Positions 59,611 through 64,000 of a DNA stretch of 64,000 nt are shown piece after piece. The stretch is from the NCBI GenBank assembly GCA_010909165.1, contig VJWM01000007.1, positions 620,001 through 684,000 on the forward strand, read 5' to 3'. The notes beneath the pieces were generated by a model. The model did not search any database, was not told the origin of the DNA, and worked only from the letters and a program-made list of their open reading frames with translations. The stretch is from Anthoceros angustus (Eukaryota > Plantae > Anthocerotophyta). Both the position numbers and the translations under genes were made by a program. Within the stretch, counting starts at the first letter, position 1; every line of letters starts with the position of its first letter.

Positions 59611-62178
59611 TTAGGGAGCCCAAATGAATTCGTATACACTCTTGCTGATGGCACCGCTAATCGCCTTGTCCTTGTTGCGGATAGGTAAACCCGTTAACAT
59701 GTCCCTCTGTGCAGCAAGGTTACCTTCCTGCGTCATTTAACGTCTGTCAGAGATCCACGGAGTTCACGTGGTTTCATGTTCAAAGTAGACAAGTTTGGGG
59801 ATACTTACAAGGGCCGCATATCCCTGAACAAGGGCGCACAGTGTTGGATATTTTTCCACAATAGTGAGGGCCACGTCCTCGGTAACCAATCTAACCTGAG
59901 CAGCCACATAAGATTCAGAAAAAACCTTGTTGCAAAGGTCTGAAAGAAGAAAGAGGAATAATCCTACCTGTGTCAGCTGCACGGCAAAAACATCACTAAT
60001 GCGCTCTTTCTCCAGATCTTTGCAACGATTGACAAACTCGCTGAAGGTCAGGCATGTATTTTCGCCCACTGGAACCCTCTTGCTCTCGAGCTGGTGCCGT
60101 GCGGCTATGGCTGTTGTGAGATCACCATACCTCCTCATGGTTTCATGAACATCGCAAGTGCGTTGAACATCAAACCCATCAGCTAGTTCTGTGGAAAAAG
60201 CCCTGGAAAATTGACGTACTTCAGTCAAGGCAATATAAGAGAACAGATGCAGCTAGAAATCGTCATGGTGGTTAAAATGTAGCTTACGCAGTTTTAAGTG
60301 CTTCTGTGGCATCAGTCAGGTTTGGATCACCTTCAATGAGGTATATCAACCGCTTGATACCACACCTCTGCAGATGTTCATTGGCTCGAACAAGTCAGTC
60401 TGTTAAGAAAGGGACCCTTGGGCGTTATCGTTGCTGAAAGAAGATATAACCACCTGCAGTTGCATCTTTTGATTCTTGTACCGATTGTCTTTGATGGATA
60501 TCCACAAATCATCCACCCTTTTCCTCTCCACAATAAAGTCCAGCATATATTCGACATTTGATATCTTGTGCCGAGCTATCCATGCAGCATCTCCTATGGG
60601 TAGATGTCGCACCTGCAAGGGTAAAATAGGGCTGCCAGTCGGAGATTGAAAAAAATTCAAGACTTCCAAGTCTCAATAGTAAATAGGGACGTTAAATCTA
60701 CCAGGACTTCGATATTGTACTGCACCATCAACCGCTCTGACAATTTCTTTGTACAGCTGACCCTGCAGAATCGGCAGAGTGTCACAATACTTAGAGTGCA
60801 GTAGTGCTCCAAATGCGGAGAACTTTTGACGTGAAGACTGAAACCATCAAAGGAAGAATTTACCTTTTCGCATCTCGAGCAAAGTGTTCACGGTCATCTA
60901 AGACAAGGAGCACATCATACAGGTCTTCAAAGTTTTCGCCAACGCGTAGTGGAGGGGTAGATAAACTGTTGCGATTGGCTGCAACTCCTGCTGGTCACAT
61001 ATCGAGATGAGTGCATATAACTTCTGTAAGTTTGCAGGCAAGCAGCAAACATCTACAGCTATGACGGCAGATGAGAAGCATGGTTGGACCAGGTACCTGC
61101 TCTGGCACTGGGCGTGGCAGGAAGATTCAGGGCTGGTGAGGAGAAAACACGTGAGCTGACGGAGTCCGCAGGCTCATCTCTGGTACACGAATTCTGAGGA
61201 TGAGGCACTTGTTGCTCCACATCGAGTCCAGATCTTCTCAAGCACTCTTCTGCAACTTTTTTGCCTTCCACAGTGAGCTTGTACCTGAAATAAGACCGTG
61301 TTAGGGCCCCGTGTGAGAGGGAGGTGGGAGGGGAGACGGCGTAAGCGAAAGAAGCACACCTGGCAGGGCAGTTTGACTTCACAACAAGAGCTTTGGATAT
61401 GAGTGTCTTCATGGAGCTCCAGCCGGAGTACCAGTCTCTCGTGGAGTCTCCAAACCGCCCTGTTGCCCCGGATCCCCTACCTGGCCTGCCGCATCACAAG
61501 CTTTTCATATTGAGCTGCGCAAAAGGCAACGCAGAAGAGGAAAACCTTGGCAGTTGCATGACTCACTCAATTGGCTTCGAGGACAGACCACTAAGGTCAG
61601 CCGCCTGAATGAGCTCTTGCTTGGACAAGAAATCCTTTTCCCGCTGCACTGTACCCCTGAGACAGCGGTGACGCATTAGCCACAAGGCACCAGAAACGAA
61701 GTTCATCCTGCCAAAATACGACAGAGGCTAACCTGAAGAGCGTGATGAGGATGGCGTACGGTGCCGAGTTCTTTTGAGGCAGGTACGTCCTTGAAACCAT
61801 CGGCCGCCTGGCTGCAGCTTCAGAAGGCGCTGTCTGTTGAGCAACGTCGACGTCCTTGTAGAAATCCGCCTTCAAGATATTGAGAAGCCAAGCTCCAATT
61901 CCCCTGCTCATCCGGCGCGTGAGTTGTGTGGGAGTCGGAGTGGGAGTGGCAGGCCAGCCAGCAGAACGTGCTCGTTACCTGACTTTGCGCGCTTCCTGAA
62001 GGTTGTGGATGGGATGCTTGTGCTGACAGACGCTCTTGTAGGCCTGGTTGTAGACGGTGTCCAGTTTGGAGCAGGCATCACCCTCCCCGCTTTCTCCTTG
62101 CCGCAGCTGGTCCCTTCTGGCGCACAGGAACTCCGCCAGCTCCACATTTTCGGGACAGGCCACCTTGGGAGGCGCCAT
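59611..62178 (-). CDS. MUS81: Crossover junction endonuclease MUS81, multi-exon
   Basis: CPENVELAEFL...YNQAYKSVC; winged-helix YLPQKNSAPYAILITL; ERCC4 core LPIGDAAWIAR...DFIVERKRVDDLWISIKDNRYKNQK; SDVFAVQLTQV; ends SVYEFIWAP*. Confidence 0.93.
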
Positions 62179-62220
62179 CGCCGCGTTCCCTCGCTGCGAA
62201 CATTACATCAAATGTTTCCC

Positions 62221-62288
62221 GCCAAGCCAAGCCCAGCCGAGCCGAGGCGAGCCGAGCCGTGCCGAGCCGTGCCGAGCCAAGCCGTGCC
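62221..62288. repeat. Degenerate (GCCGA)n pentanucleotide microsatellite just upstream of the MUS81 start codon
   Basis: GCCAA/GCCGA/GCCGT units x about 13. Confidence 0.9.
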
Positions 62289-62549
62289 CAGAGCCTGTTA
62301 CTCTTGTAGGGTTTATGGTATGGGCATATGATACATGTCACATCTCTGTAGCATGTACAGTCCCTTGTATCCCTCTCCACTTTGAAGGGAGCCAGATCCG
62401 ACGTCCCCATAACCAATTAGGGAGGGCCGACTGTAGTTGAGAGACTCCAAGACATGTTGTGTGCTGTTTCCTGCTCACGCTATGCGAGGATCCTGGGATC
62501 CTGGCTTGCATTGCAATTTGCACTAACCAGAGCCCAGTGCGGGGCAGAT

Positions 62550-62567
62550 AACCCTAAACTAAACCCT
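62550..62567 (+). promoter_or_regulatory. Telo-box-like motifs in the MUS81/ADK divergent promoter
   Basis: AACCCTA and AAACCCT; short motifs that could occur by chance. Confidence 0.3.
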
Positions 62568-62767
62568 GGTGGGGTCAGGTGAGCGGCAGCAGGGGGGCAG
62601 GCAGCTTTAATGCCGGCGTTGACAGACGCCATGCTGGCTGTGCGAAGCTAGCGTTGCTCGGCTCGGGCGAGCAGGAGCAGGAGCAGGGGCAGGAGTAGAA
62701 GCATCGGTGAGCAGGGTGAGGGGAAGGGGAAGGAGAAGCAGGAGCAGGCGAAGGAAATCTAGGCTCC

Positions 62768-63870
<1,103 letters not shown>

Positions 63871-64000
63871 TGTTGCCGAGAGAGTTTGGAGCACAACCTG
63901 GACATGGACCCCGAGATTCGACATTTCAGGTGTGCTGCTGTTCTTGCACTTCCGCAAGCGTGTGAACTCAAGCGTGTCTCTATTTTCATTGTGATGATGG

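Overview
Eukaryotic nuclear DNA from a land plant with a compact genome. Introns are mostly GT-AG and about 70-120 bp, and genes are tightly packed; this suggests a non-seed plant such as a hornwort or Selaginella (inference only). There are about 16 host genes: ICME-like esterase, thioredoxin m, a trihelix transcription factor, an Ig-like/multi-TM membrane protein, a GH17 glucanase, SMO1, AP5B1, an unknown single-pass protein, a type II H+-PPase, a RING+PHD protein, a UAfT-like transporter, two tandem GT14 genes, a DnaJ/DUF3752 protein, MUS81 and adenylate kinase. Two regions are rich in transposon sequence (about 3-13.6 kb and 16.7-22.5 kb). Best leads: (1) a fully delimited PIF/Harbinger element at 16722-19882 (perfect 15-bp TIRs, TTA target-site duplication) whose decayed DDE transposase resembles the domesticated ALP1/At3g55350 proteins and which carries a trihelix-like partner gene, sitting 220 bp from an intact host trihelix gene; (2) a roughly 670-bp LRR-receptor fragment inside an intron of one GT14 paralog; (3) an intronless H+-PPase; (4) two candidate RNA hairpins; (5) four tandem duplications bounded by microhomology. 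Scattered small indels point to long-read consensus errors, so the frameshifts and duplications need read-level confirmation. No rRNA, tRNA or CRISPR array was found. Family assignments come from recalled motifs; no database searches were run.
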